This document shows positions 47,321 through 61,701 of a DNA stretch of 64,000 bases, piece by piece. The number at the start of each line of letters is the position of its first letter. Positions within the stretch are counted from its first letter, which is position 1. The notes under the pieces were generated by a model that saw only the letters and a program-made list of their open reading frames with translations, ran no database searches and had not been told where the DNA came from. Position numbers and translations under genes: made by a program. The stretch comes from Paragordius varius (Eukaryota; Animalia; Nematomorpha), in NCBI GenBank assembly GCA_964247055.1, contig OZ176051.1, positions 8,370,001 through 8,434,000 on the forward strand. The letters are read 5' to 3'.

Positions 47321-48161
47321 ATAAATAAATTATATTTTATTTTTACGTGATTTTACGACCATTCTAACATCATAATTTTACATTTTGTTTTATAAAGGCG
47401 CTTAAAAAGTTAATATTTTTAATCTGACCTAAATAATATTTAAAACTATATTAAATAAACTACCCAAAATGTAAATTTTATATCAAAATCTATCCAATTG
47501 TAAAAAATCTCAAAGTAACTGCTTATTTTTAAATAATGAAACAAAAGGGTTATATGTAAATACTCCAAAATATATTTTAAACACTATTAGATAATGGGTA
47601 TTATATAGTGTCGTAATAACCTGATTTTTAAAAATAAAATACATATAAGTACCGCAGTTTAATAATTAGCAAGTAGCTACTAGACCCTATTAATGCCTCC
47701 TATAATATTCATTTTTAACAATTCCATTTGAAATTATAGAATAAATTTAAATTTTTTTTAAATATAATGTTTTAAAGTTTATGTATAATGTAAAATAGGT
47801 AAGATATACGTAATATATCAATGAATTTTGAAGATAACTTGTCCCTTTGTTGACCATTGCCATGTTTAACATTTAATTTTTTGAGTTGACATACTTCACG
47901 GATTTTGTTGAAACAAGAAGGCAAATTTTTTGTGATATGCTTAGATTTATTTTCATTGGTCATAGTGTATTCTATTTGATTTATTTCAAATTTAAAAAAT
48001 ATCTCCTTAAAAGATTTTATTTTATAAAATGATTTTCATCTATATTTAAAAATTTAGTAAAAATTGAAAACCTAAAATTTATAAATTATAGATTTTAAGT
48101 AATTAATCTCTCATTAAGCTTGATTATTTTATACTAAAAAATGTTTAATTAATATATAGAA

Positions 48162-50311
48162 CAGTGGTACTCACCAAAAAAATTTGACGGGCCAAATAAA
48201 ATATATTTTTTTTTCGAGGGCCATGCCTTATAATGGCAAATATTCCATAGCTATTTGACACATATGCACATATATATACTCTAAATCAGCACGAATTTTT
48301 TGCGTATCCCATGATCCAACTAAAAATCATTTTGCACCATTTAGTTTAAAATATTTATATTAACCCCATATGATCATCCGTTAAGCGATTTCTGTATGTA
48401 TTCTTGACATACTTCATTTTTGAATATGCCGTCTCACACGTGTAAGAGAGAAAAACAGTTAGGATAACTGAGCACATTTTTTTATATTTTCATATTTATG
48501 TCGCACATCTTACCAAAACTCTACATATCTTTCTACTCTACGATTCTCCTTGAATATAGCCTCCAGATTGGAATCATTTTTAAAATCTACGAATTCTTTA
48601 ATGATATGCGCCTGATCAAAACCGAAATGCTCAAATCGCTTAATATTGGATCCATATGACATGGATTTTAAATGAGTTTTAAGCAATTTTTAATATTTCT
48701 TAATTCAAATCTGAATTTCATCTCATTATATAAAATGTTAAATGATTGTCTATTATTAAATTAATCTCCGCGGTAAATTCTATATTTTCTTCATGAATCG
48801 TTTTAAGTGTTGGAAAATATGGGAGTGTTTTATTTATAAAATCTGGAATATATATTATTAATTTTTCTTTAAAAGCAATATTTGATTAGCAAATTGGCTT
48901 ATTATTTTGCTCCCTTGAAGACTTGGATTAAAACTAAGACAATAATGTCGCAAAGGTAGGCTAATAAAACTCATTATTTGTCACTATTAATTTCCCCGTC
49001 AATTTTTCTGTTATCTTTATGATAATAGAATTTAATAACTTACAAAAAATCACAGCGGTGCACAAAAGAATATCATCAAACTCACTGTGGATATCTTTCA
49101 GAAGGTTTTTGAATGTACGCGGTTTAAATTCTATGCCACGGATGTGGTTAACCATATCCACAACCGTTTTAATTACTGAATTGAGTGATTTATCTTTTAC
49201 ACGCGAAACCATTTGCGGATGAATAAGGCAGTGAAAGGATAAAATATTTGGCAAATTATATTTGTTTTTCAAAAGAGGAATAAATCCTTTGTTTATTCCA
49301 ATCACAGAGGGACAGCCATCTGTGCAGATCACCAATTTCATAATCCATTATTATCGAAAAAGGTGCTAATTATTTTGAGAAAACTTCCTTTTGTGGTATT
49401 ATTCATTGGTAAAAATTTTAAATTTTCCTAGTTGATCATGTTCTCGTTGCAAAATCTCACGAAGAGCTCACATTGAGGTGTTATAATATCAGTCCTAGAA
49501 TCAATAGCAATGCTAAAATATTTGCAGTTTTTCAGAGCCAATAATGTATTGTTAAAAATATATTTAGACATATCTTGAATGCGCCGAGCACATGTTGAAT
49601 CAAGTTAAAGTTTTTTTAATTTGCCTCATGATTTGATCTTTATTATGGAATTTATTAAAAAAAGTGCAACCATTTATTAGACATTCTTTTATTAATTGGA
49701 ATTCAGTAAACGGTTTCATATTTTTTCCTAGGTAATATGAAAATGGATTGTAAAACGTCTTTCAATATTATATTTTTTTATAATTATGTTGTCCTTACAT
49801 ATACGGCAGTTAACAACATTTTTATTTTGAACGACAAAGAATTTTTATTCCCATTTTTAAGATGCGATTTTCATCGGATAATTTATGTTTTTTAGCATTA
49901 GATGTCATACTTTGAATTTATGTTTAAATATTATGTAGATTTTTTCAAAAAATTAGGAATATAATTTGAATTTTGATATAAATTTTTATGGGAATGAGTT
50001 ATAAAAAATGATACAGGATAGCAATGAAAAGAATATGTATATGGAAGTTTGAGTGAAATGCTTGCTTAAATTCAAAAAAAGAATGCAATAAAAAATAGAA
50101 AAGAAAATAGAACAAAGAAACAGAAACAACTTGTGCCAACATTTTGAAATCATTCATATTGGGTAAAAAATAAAAACTACGAAAATTCGTTTATGTGTAT
50201 TTTAAAATTCATCAATAAAAAAATAATATAAGTATCAATATGGTCATAGGGCAATTTTAAAGCACTCTAAGGGCCGCATGCGGCCCGCGGGCCGCGGTTT
50301 GAGTATCACTG
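48162..50311 (-). mobile_element. hAT transposon (Buster/Charlie/SPIN-like) with degenerate transposase
   Basis: TIRs CAGTGGTACTCA and TGAGTATCACTG; perfect 8-bp TSD ATATAGAA (nnnTAnnn) at 48154-61 and 50312-19; transposase fragment ICTDGCPSVIG...HCLIH at 48961-49341, with stops and frameshifts elsewhere. Confidence 0.93.
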
Positions 50312-52024
50312 ATATAGAAGATAAAATAAATGTTTTAGTAGATAAAAACATAATACTTGCGAAGATTTGAATAGAAACCGACAATATAAATATCCTATAT
50401 AAATACGGAATCATAGTTTTTAGAGTATGGCAAAAATAATCAAACAAATTGACAAAGATTTATATCGTAAAAATTTATTTTGTTTTAATAATAAATTAAT
50501 CTCAATTAAATACGTTATTTTATGTATGTCTGAAACATTGTTTCATTCATCCATCATAATTAATTCATGGAATTTTTTTTGACAAATAAAATATATATAT
50601 AAAATAAGTCGCCTCCAGAAAAGTAAGTCAAAAATTTTGATCTATATGGGATATTTTGTGTAATCTATGTAGTCAAAATTTCCCTAGAAAAAATAATACT
50701 AAAATTGTTCGAAATTGCTAATATAATTTTGATTTGGTTCAGTTCCGTTAAGTATTATGTTAATTTAAAAGGTTCATTGAACAAGGACATATGTTTGATT
50801 TAATTACCGCGTATTTATATATATCGATATATTTATTAGTTTTGACATAATAGGTAGTTAAAAAATCTATTTTCGTATTTATTTCAACAACAATATCTAC
50901 AAAAACAAACATTTGAAGGACAAAGTAGGTTTTAAATATTTGTTTTAAGAACTCATTTTAAGGATATAATGAGGATAACATTTTCCAAAAATTATTCTGG
51001 ATTTCTCTATCTAATGCCCTGTCACGCGTCTCTGTGTTTTAGTAGATACGATCATTAATGATTGGTAAAATATTTTTCTGCAATAAACATATTTAAAAAT
51101 TGTCTATTATTGGTGTCTATAGACACCATTATTGGAAACGTATTTTACACAGGGCGATCCTTAGAAAATATTTTAATAAGGGACGTAATATGTCATTTCT
51201 CATAAAATACTGAAAACCATTATTGACTGCCTAAGTATTCAAAGTTTTATATAACAAAAACACGTTATTTTTAAATGATGACTTATTCCAGCTAATACAA
51301 AAGGCTAAATTATTACTTGTTAATGGTAATTACTTAAAATATTGAACCCACGTTATTTTTGCATGATGGAATTTCGCTAATTTACCAAAAAAATACCTTT
51401 ATAAGAGACCATTACTTTTACATATGGTGTCTGTTTTAAAAAATTAAAGTAATATTTTTATACGGTGGGCTATTTGCACAGGATAGATCCCTCTTAACGG
51501 GTAATTTTGAAGAAGCCTTTGACTAAAAAATTTGCAATGGAAAATAATTAAAACCATTACATCCATACTTATAAGTACTAACAGGAATCGCTTCAGTAAA
51601 TTACTTTTATTAAAACTATGTCATTTTAACGGAGTTGCGGATAAATTCAAGGGTAAAAAGGTTCTGTTAATCTGTGCATATAGATAAACTTTCAAAAGTT
51701 ATTCCATTCGGCAAAATGTCCATAGAGCAACCAAAGATTTTAAGACAACGGTTTAAACTAGAAAAACTATTGGATACTTTTAGGTTTTTTATTAATGTAT
51801 TAAATTAATATATAGAACCTTTACAATTGAAGTCGATTACAGCTATATGGCAAAGTTTTTCCCTTAAGATATTGTCATGGTATAAAACATTAAAATCGTT
51901 TCAATAACCCAACGCTTGTGAACCCTAAACTAAGCATTCGCCTTTTAACATGCATAATGCTCATAAAAATCAGAATATTCCAAAATATTTATTAATCCCT
52001 ATAATTAATAAAAAACATTTTTCA

Positions 52025-55000
52025 TTAATTGTATGTAGTACAGTTAGGAGGAGGTCTTAAAACTTGTGGTATTAGATTTTTGAGTCTTTCATTTACATCG
52101 TTATACACTGCGTTAGCTAAAACATCCAAAATTGATATGTGGTTATAATCAAATCTTTGCCCATTCGTAGTCGTTCCAACAATGCAATTGGTATTTGGGT
52201 TCAAAAGAGGACTGTTTGAACATAACTAATATATAAATTAATATATAATATCATTGAAATCTCAAATTTATATTTAATCATCTTATCATGCCTGCAAAAA
52301 TTCAAATTCACCCTGGTACTATTTAAATTCACCCTTGAACAATTTGAATTTCGTTCTAAAAAATTTTGTGGGTTCAATATCAACTCAAAATTTAATTAAA
52401 ATATTTGACACTAGTCGGCCATTTTTTTAATAGTTATTCTGGTTAGTATGCAAACAAAGCATGATTTAATACAAAAAAAGGCTGTTTAAAACGAAAGTTG
52501 TCTTTTATAAAAATCCAAATAGGAGACCAAAGTTGGAAACAGGAAAAGAACTATGCCCAAAACAAATATCCATTTTCTACAAATAATTTAGAGGGTTCCT
52601 ATATGTGTCAAATTTGAAGAAAAAAAGATTAATTATTCAATGTCAATATGAAGTTTCATGGTGATATTAGTGCCGATATAATTTATCAATCATTTTTATA
52701 TCTAGATAATAATACAATTTTGGTCCCTGGTGTGTTGAAATTGGTAAATCGTTGATTAGGAACCTCATATACAAGTCTTTCGTTTCCAACAATCCCATTG
52801 TATGCATTGTGCTGTAAAACTGGAATCAACAATGTTTGCGTGCATGTGTAGTTACTTTAAAAATATTATTATTTAAAAAGTATTGCTAAACTCTGTGTGC
52901 AAAAAATTTTTGACAAAAAATTTTATTTTCATGAGATAGCCTATAACCAGCGTATTCATTTGACGCTAAAATTTTTATTTGTTCAACCTAGCATTTGAAA
53001 TACTGAGAGAAAATCTAAATCGGGTAAAAAGTGAAAATTAAGGATAATTCATAAAATAAAGATAAAATTTGAAATATGATTTATTATAATTTTAGGAGAT
53101 ATTTTCAATATATAAGTAGCCTAAAATCATATAGTTAGGGTTACTATAAAATTTTAGTTCAAAATAGGGCGTTTTTCTTTTATCACACTTATAAGACAAA
53201 AAAATTTAATGAAACTATATTAAAATATTTTTTTTTAATTACATATTACCTAAACTCACTATTAAAATCTTAACATCATATTTTATTCAGTAAAAAATAC
53301 TTATTCAAAATAAAATCAAAAATATTGTTTTTTATTTTTGCATTTTTTGTCATCTGGTTTATGAGTGTATAAAAAGTTTATACTGTTTTATTTTGGATTC
53401 TTACATGAGTGGGAATCATTAAGTATATGATTTATGCAAAATAGGATTTAAAAGTAGTGGAATATCATCCAATAATCCCTATAAATCCCTGTAACAAATA
53501 TTTTATGACAAATTAATATTTGTATTGGGATTTGTACGAATTGTTGGTTGATATTCCACTAATTTTAAATCCTATTTTACATAAATTACATACTTTATAA
53601 TTCGCACTCATGTAAGATTCCAAAATAAAACAGTATAAATTTTTTTATATGCTCACAAACCAGATAAAAAAATGTAAAAATAAAAAACAATATTTTTTGG
53701 ATTTATTTTGATATATAAGTTTTTTTACTGAATAAAATATGGATGAAATATTAATAGTGAGTTTAGCTAGAAAATAATTTAAAAAAATTATTTAAATATA
53801 GTATATAAAAAAAATTTGTCTTGTGAGTGTGTTAAAAGAAAAATGCCATCTTTTGAATTTAAATTTTATAGAAACCCTAACTATATGATTTTAGGCTATT
53901 TATATGTTGAAAATATATCCTAAAATATAAATAAACCATAAAATCCCATATTTAATCATTATTTTTTGAATTATCCTTAATTAACCTTAATTTTCACTTA
54001 TCGTCCGATTTCTTTTTTCTTTCAATATTTAAACTTGGTTGTCAAAAAATAAAAATTTTGGCGGCAAATGAATTCACTGGTCACTAGCTATCTCATGAAA
54101 AAAAAATTTTTTTGTTAAATCTAAATGACCCTCTTTTTTGCACACAGTGATATAATAAGGATACTTTTAAAACACTCTTAAATTTTTATTACTTTTCTTT
54201 TTTAACTATATATGGGATGTTTTTGACGTAGGCTTTAATCTGTTAACACTTTGATTCGAATTGGGGTATGTAAATACCACAGACTAATGGTTATTAAAAA
54301 AATAAAAAAACGGTTCTAATTCAATTCTATGCTTCTATTCCTATAAAATATATAAAAACGCCAATATATCTAAATATAGTTTGTTTTGAAAAAACTCCAT
54401 GAACATTTTGACGCCATTTTTACAACATTATTGCAAAATATGCGTTTGATTCTAATGCTAAAACTTAAGTCAATTTTTATTTAAATCACATCTAAGATTA
54501 GAACAAAATTGGTTAATAATAATGCATATTTTATAAAGCTATGTAGACTAAATTATTACCTTTAGGTTTAACCATAAAATTAGTAATACGAAATTTTAAA
54601 TGAATCTTTTATATATTTCGGTGCATTAATGTAATGTTATATAAGTGCAAACCTTTGCTATGGTTTGAGTTTGTTTCATATTTTTAGAATTAATTGATTT
54701 TAAATAGGCCTACAATTCGAATCGGAGGACTGAAATGAATGTGTTGTACAAGTGTTAAATATCTATTATATGAAAATTTTTATGCGGAAATAGTATTATC
54801 AGACATTATTATTTATTAGTAAATTTATCTTTTGATATATTTTAATTGAATAATGTAAAATTTAGGCCAAATAAAAAGATCCGATTACCAATAATTTTTG
54901 ATAGCTGTCAAAATTAAAAACATTTCAATAATTTATGAATTTTTTAACCATAATATATTTATACTTGCCACTTTTATAGCCTCTTTTCATAAAATCTGAA

Positions 55001-55571
55001 AACAAATTTTTTCAATAAAAAGTTGAAATGATAATTATTTAAAACTTGGCATTTTCAAAACTTCATGTGAAATATGCCGAAAAATCTTGCCCATTTTTTA
55101 CATTTAAGTTCAATATGAGTTATGAAATAACCCTCAAAAGGTTATGAATAAAATGTCAAAAATATACCATGTCGTTGTAAATATATTACGTAAGGCTTGA
55201 CAAGATGCCTAATAATGAAACAATTGGATTAGTATATACATTCATGTATCCTTTATTTTATCAAAAATTTATTTTTTTCGTTAAATGGGTGGGTATATCT
55301 GGTAAAGAATGGAAAAAACAAGAGCTCTATGCTGATTCTTATACTTTTTTGATGAATGTGATATTGTTAATACCATATAGCTCTTGTTTTTTCCATTCTT
55401 TACCAAATATTTATAAACATTTAACGTAAAAAAATAAATTTTTGATAAATAAAGGATACATGACTGTAATAAAAATTTAACTTGATATTTAAAAATTGTG
55501 TAAAATTACACCTCAAAATCAACTGACGGTTGTGAAAATCCAGTCGGATTTATTCTAGGTGGTACATAATT
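52025..55571 (-). CDS. Four phase-linked exons of an unknown gene, possibly the 3' half of the 61.7-kb secreted-protein gene
   Basis: 55571-55512 (NYVPPRINPTGFSQPSVDFE), 55208-55168 (ASCQALRNIFTTT), 52854-52716 (NYTCTQ...PGTKI) and 52225-52025 (LCSNSP...NCTTYN*). All boundaries are GT-AG with phases 0/2/0 matching. No homology recognised. Confidence 0.4.
52891..54149. mobile_element. 1.26-kb foldback/palindromic element
   Basis: CTCTGTGTGCAAAAAA ... TTTTTTGCACACAGTG; imperfect arms of about 600 bp meet near 53510. Confidence 0.75.
54247..54754 (+). mobile_element. piggyBac-like MITE
   Basis: TTAA|CACTT ... AAGTG|TTAA; homologous along its length to 27026-27603. Confidence 0.75.
55239..55466. 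mobile_element. Second copy of the 229-bp palindromic MITE
   Basis: TA|CATTCATGTATCC ... GGATACATGACTG|TA; homologous to 46432-46660. Confidence 0.75.
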
Positions 55572-56290
55572 CTACAAAAACATATTTTATAAAGTTTGTT
55601 CATTAAATTTTATGTTACTTTCCATCCATATCCCGATACTAAAAAGCATAAAAATTATACATTTGTATCAAAAATTCAAAAAAATTTCACAAAAAAGGTC
55701 AAAAAACATACTTGCAGAGAATATTGAAAATAAAATTAAAATATTTAGCATATCGGCCATATTTCTACTAAATATAAATATATTTAACTAAAATTTTTTA
55801 ATCAAATATTTAAAAATGAGTTTTAGGGGCAATCAAATATCAAGGTAAATTACCTAGTCATTTATATAAATATATATAATGATTAACTTAAATGTATCAT
55901 ATTTCTTATCTATATCTTATTTCGGTATTTTTATATTTGAAAATTTATCTTGGTTTTTTTTACTTGAATTAAAAACTTTGGCAATCGATATATATAATTT
56001 CACTGTGTTAATTTGATAATTCTATTTTTACTATATAATTAAATCCATGTTAAGTCTTTATCGTAAGTTATAAACAGCTTCTGTGAGCGTGGATTATTAC
56101 TTAACATTTTTTAAAGAAAAAAGATTTTACACTAATTTCTCTTGTTCTAAAGATGATTTGTTTTTCAAAAATCGCTTTGATTTCGGTTTTTGGTTGAATG
56201 GCTTTATCCATTCTTTTTATTTTATCACTTTTCACAAAAATTTACACGTACAAAACCTACAAAAGATATTAATCTATACCACTTAAATAA

Positions 56291-58351
56291 TCTATATATT
56301 TATAAAAATGCAAAATGCTGGCTTTGTGATCTGGTACAGGAAAACGGGCAGACCCATTCAAATCTAAACTTCGAAAAAATATAATCATTAATGAATGCCC
56401 CGACAATAGCTTCGCCCTTTTTTGAAATAGGCCCCCAGTTCGGGCCCACCCCGTGGGAAAAACGGTTTTTTTTGAAAACACAAGTCCACAAAAATCGTGT
56501 CTTTGAGACAATTTTCCGGAGAACGTGTTGGACCATTCAATTTCAAATATGATTTTTATTTAGTTATTTTCGATTGCGCCGAACATAGTCGTCTCGCTTT
56601 TTTAGCTTAGGCCCTCTTTTTACCCGCTCCCCCCGTAAAATGCCACCTTTTTCAAAAAACAAAGTCTACAAAAATAATTTTTTGAATCGATTTTTTGTCA
56701 AGGTATGAGACCGTAAAAATTCAATATGGATTCCAAGTATTCTCTAATAAAAGGCAATAATATTAGTCCACCGTTTCTTTGATGATAGCCGCTGGGTAAG
56801 GAGCTACCTTCTAAAAACTGATTTTTCATGCAACTTTGTGATCTGTTTTCGGAAAACCGGTAGACCCATTCAAATCCCAATATCGAAAAAATATAATCAT
56901 TAATGAATGCCAAGACAATAGCTTCGCCCTTTTTTTGAAGTAGGCCCCCAGTTTGGGTCCACCCCGTGTAAAAAACAGGTATCTTTGAGACAAATTTCCG
57001 GAGAACGTGTTGGACCATTCAATTTCAAATATGATTTTTGTTTACTTATTTTTGATCCTGCCGAATATAGTCGACTCACTTTTTTGATTTAGGCCCTCTT
57101 TTTACCCGCTACCCCCGTAAAATGCCATTTTTTTCAAAAAAAAACAAAGTTCACAAAAAAATTTTTTGATTGTGTTTTTTTGCCCAAGGTATGAGACCGT
57201 AAAAATCCAATAAAGATTCCACGTATTCCCTGTTAAAAGGCAAAAAATTTAGTCAAGCGTTTTTTTGATGATAGCTGCTGAGTAAAAAGTATCTATCATA
57301 TGTATAGGATGTTAAAAAATATATGTATAATAAAACATTATTTATGGTAATCTATATATTTATAAAAATGGAAAAGGCTGGCTTTGTGATCTGGTACAGG
57401 AAAACGGGCAGACCCATTCAAATCCAAACTTCGAAAAAATATAATCATTAACAAATGTCCCGACAATAGCTTCGCCTTTTTTGAAATAGGTCCCCAGTTC
57501 GGGCCCACCCCGTGTGAAAAACGGGTATCTTTGAGACAAATTTCCGGAGAACGTGTTGGACCATTCAATTTCAAATATGATTTTTGTTTACTTATTATTG
57601 ATTCTGCAGAACATAGTCGACTCACTTTTTTAGGCCCTCTTTTTTAGGCCCTCTTTTTACCCGCTCCCCCCGTAAAATGCCACCTTTTTCAAAAAACAAA
57701 GTCCACAAAAATATTTTTTTAATCGATTTTTTGCCTTAAGGTATGAGACCGTAAAAATTCAATATGGATTCCATGTATTCCCTGTTAAAAGGCAAAAAAT
57801 TGAAAGCGTTTCTTTGATGATAGCTGCTGAGTAAGGAGCTACCCGCGAAAAACTGACCCGTCATATCGAAATAGCGTGCTTTTGAGGCTAATTACAGAAA
57901 ACCTATCAGGCCATATGAGTTCAATAGCTGCTTAAAGTATTACCCGTAAAAAGTCAAAAATTTTAATAGAGCGGATTTTTTGAATTAACCGTTAAATAGG
58001 CCCTTTACTCCCTAAAAATGCGCTATCATTGAACTATTATTTGGTTTTGAAACCATTCTTCCATAAACTATTAGGACTGAACGATTATTCCAGGTATAAA
58101 GGCAAATTATTTTATCTAACTACATTTTTATATAGGCCTCTGGGTAGGGGCTACCCGCCTACAACTGCGCATTTATATCCATACAGCATGTTTTTGGAGC
58201 TAAATTTCAAAATATGACACTATGTGATTCATTTAAAAACTTCGTGCCGCATACCAAAATTGCTTATAAAATTAAAAATGCCCCCCCTCTCCCTCCCTCA
58301 GAAGTCTGAAAGACTTCCTCGGGCTGCGTAGCAGCACGAGATTTACGCTAG
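56291..58351 (+). mobile_element. Non-autonomous Helitron composite, copy D (two 5' ends)
   Basis: A|TCTATATATT at 56291 and 57351; three body units plus a segment shared with copy A; hairpins and CTAG|T at 58351. Confidence 0.88.
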
Positions 58352-58667
58352 TTTACTTATAAATTTTAAGTCTGTGCTTTTTAATAAAAGCGTTTACTTA
58401 AAACGGTTCCAATTTCCATCAACAAAAATAGTTTCGGTGCCATCTCCCAAAAATGTCGTAAATTCATAAATTTTGCGCCATAAAAACTTACTTATGAAAT
58501 TTTCGTTGCAATGAAACAAATGTAAAAGTATTTATTAAAATCACATATTTCTAAAAATTTTGAAATGGTGGGTATCACACTGCAAAAAATTAAAAGGTTT
58601 TCCTGGTTGAAAAAAGCTTATATAAAATTTTTGTTTTACTAAATTTTGTATAATGTCTTTTATCGTT

Positions 58668-61600
58668 TTAAGGGCATTTAACGTCGATTTCAATCATGTG
58701 ATATGTTCCATTAAGAAAAACATTCCCTAAATCATTGTTGCACACCAGTGATTGGATAATTGTGTTGGGATGAATTTTAGTTCTTGCCCCAATAATATAC
58801 TGAACTCCATTATGCAATTGTTTGACTTGTGCCTTTAAAAGTGCGTAATTTTTAAATAACATTCGGTTTGATTATGAAAAAATAGTTAATTTTTTCGATC
58901 CAAATCGGGATATTTGATACCCCAGGTTAACTATCGCTATAAAGAGGGTGGTCTTAATTTATGCTTGCTTAACTTTAAAAAATATTATAAAAACACTAAA
59001 AATATATAAAATTATATAACAATGTTGAGAAAAAAGTACCATACTAAACTATTTCGTCTCCATTTTTATTTCTCAAATCTAATAAATGCTTTTATATACG
59101 GCTAAAAAATTTTTTTGAATTAACCAGGGCATTTTTAAGATAGCTACATTTTTATCTATTAAACCATAAAAGATAAATATTTAATCTAAAGTTAAATAAT
59201 ATTTTTATATTTTGGTGCAAAGATGTTCGATCCATATTTTTCTATTATCTTATTACGGCCAGAATCAGGACTGGCCCTAATAAGTACATGGATCATAAAT
59301 TTAAGTGATAATTGGACAATCCTGATATTTAAAAAAGCTATATTTTGAATCAGATATCTGGTCCACTATTATTGGTCGGCATAGTAATGCGTTGTAACAA
59401 AAAACGATCTCAAATTGCACACTTATCTTAAAAAGTTGTTATATTATAAAATAAAAAGTTTAAAAATATGGTTTATTTGAAATTTTTTTGTAAGAGGCAA
59501 AGTTTTAAAAAGTCCCTGCTTTTTTGATACACGGTTCTAGTTACCACTAAACTGTTCGATACATCAACAATCATCAAAAAGAAATATTTGTCCAAAAGAA
59601 AGATAAAGAAAGTATATACGGAAAATGATGGCTGTAAAGGATTGCATTTTGTTTTGTTTTCAGTGTAAACGTATCCACAAATTTCTCCTGTTGCATTCGA
59701 AATTGTAAACATTAGCTATTCGACATAGAAAGATATTTAACCGTTATATAATAAATGCCAAAGATAATTAAAAAATTAAAAATTCTATAATAATGAAGAG
59801 TTGGTTTAATATATGAGACGATGGTAAAAAAATTATTATATATTGTTATTTATTGTCTTCAAAGATTAGGGACATACAAAGTTTTTATAGGATACAAAAT
59901 TTAATTTTTAAAATGAAACCGGGGGCTTCCTAAAACTTTGGGACCGGAACCGAGTTGTTTTAATCCTTACGAAACCGGTTTCCGCTAAAATCTTAGCATT
60001 CCGGTTTTATTTTATGGTTTCTCTCGAAGCCATGAGCAAAACCAACTGAGATAATAAATTTTAATGCATAAATTTAAACGTATAAATATATAGGGTGATG
60101 TTTTACCTAGGTATTAATAATAGGGCTTTAAAATAAAATTTGTACCTTACATAAAATACCTAATGCCATTTTTTCTATAATATAATTAAGCGAAAAAATT
60201 TCTTTAAAGTCAAATATTTATGGTAATGTATATTAGGGTTGAGTCCTAAGAAGCGGATTATGTACCAAATTTTTCTTTCATTCTGGAATTTTCAGCCATT
60301 ATAAGTCATACAACTGGAGCGAAAATTTGCTCCAAAATTTAATATTTAACTCATAATCATTTTGCAAAAAATGTAATTTTACGGATAAAGCGCTAAATAT
60401 GGGTGAAATTTTAAAATGGTCAGAAAATGAAAAAAATCTTATTGAGAAATCGGTCGATCTTTGAAAAATTTTCTTAGTAACCGATCTTTAGGGATAATCT
60501 CTTTTTTCCTATTTTTATACGGGTATCTAGGATAAATAAAAAAGTGGCATGACATAGTTGGCGCATATATAAAGAAGTAAAAATTTTCGACTTTTGAATT
60601 TGCATGGGCCTACACTTTCCAGATATTTTTATTCAAGGCAATATCCTAAATATATTGTATTTATTTGTATATAATAGACTTACATCTGAATCTATTTTTA
60701 CTGTTACGAATGTAAAATAGGTAGGATCATTATTTGTGAATGATTGTATTATATCAATAAATCCTGTATGCAGAACGTAAGAAGTGTTTACAGAATTTTT
60801 TAGTTGAGATAAAAACGATTTTGCATCTAAATACATTTTAATTTGTTTATTCGGAAGTTTGTCAACTTGAACTGATGTATCGGTAAGATATCTAAAGGGA
60901 GAGAATAAATAAATTTGAAATATTAAAGACAAAATTATATATTTACGGAATAGGATTGGTAAAGATATCTAGAATCGTATAAGTTTTAGCATCCCAGTCC
61001 CGAGTACATATATCTAAATATTTAATCGTTAAAACGATTTTTTTTCATTTTTAGGTTATTAAATTAGGGTGTCCAACACAAATGGCGTTACGGGCTGCAT
61101 TTTGAGCTCAAAAAATAAAAATCCAATCACGAAAGTATAGAAAGAGTTACGATCACAATTATAAATTATTTATTATTTTATTAATTCCGTTGGCAAAATT
61201 CGGAAAACGATTAGATTTGCCAACATTATAAATCAAGAAGTCAAGTTTATCTCCAATGAAAAAAAATTCCTTTACTTATTTAACGTTTTTTGTTTTTAAA
61301 AATTGGAATGAATAATAATTTTTACCTTAATTAGAGCTTACGGCCGCCTTAAATAACGCTTTATCGAAATATTGGTTTCAAAAATCTGAATAATACGTTA
61401 ATTTTAAATCAATAATATTTTGAAGTGAATGAAATAAAATTTTACTAAAATATATTTAAATCATAAACTGTAGTATTTATATCGTTTTTTTGTTCAAATA
61501 TTTCGCGGGCCATAAAAAAGATTTGAAGAACCGTATATTGGACACCCCTGATCTCATAATTTATATCCGGTAAATAAAAATTTTCTATTTAAAACGATTT

Positions 61601-61701
61601 TTGATCATGATAATTATATACAAATAACCTGAGCGAATATTTAAGGAGCCCAGAGCCAACGGAAATATTATGCAATAAACAAATACTAGAGACTTCATCA
61701 T
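58668..61701 (-). CDS. Orphan secreted protein (signal peptide, Cys, N-glycosylation sequons)
   Basis: Exons 61701-61629 (MMKSLVFVYCIIFPLALGSLNIRS), 61013-60947, 60891-60684, 59715-59620 and 58832-58668 join with phases 1/2/0/0 at GT-AG sites. The 3' part is uncertain: extra exons near 59.2-59.4 kb are possible. Confidence 0.55.
61065..61550 (-). mobile_element. hAT-type MITE (same family as 26.8-28.1 kb)
   Basis: TAGGGTGTCCAA ... TTGGACACCCCTG; TSD not preserved. Confidence 0.6.

Noticed and set aside
47772-47963. First exon of the neprilysin-like gene
   Set aside because: Plausible ATG and donor, but no transmembrane exon could be linked in phase to 43456.
58780-58832. Cystatin motif (KQLHNGVQYII resembling QVVxGxNY)
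   Set aside because: Similarity is too short, the QxVxG consensus is not met, and no PW motif follows.
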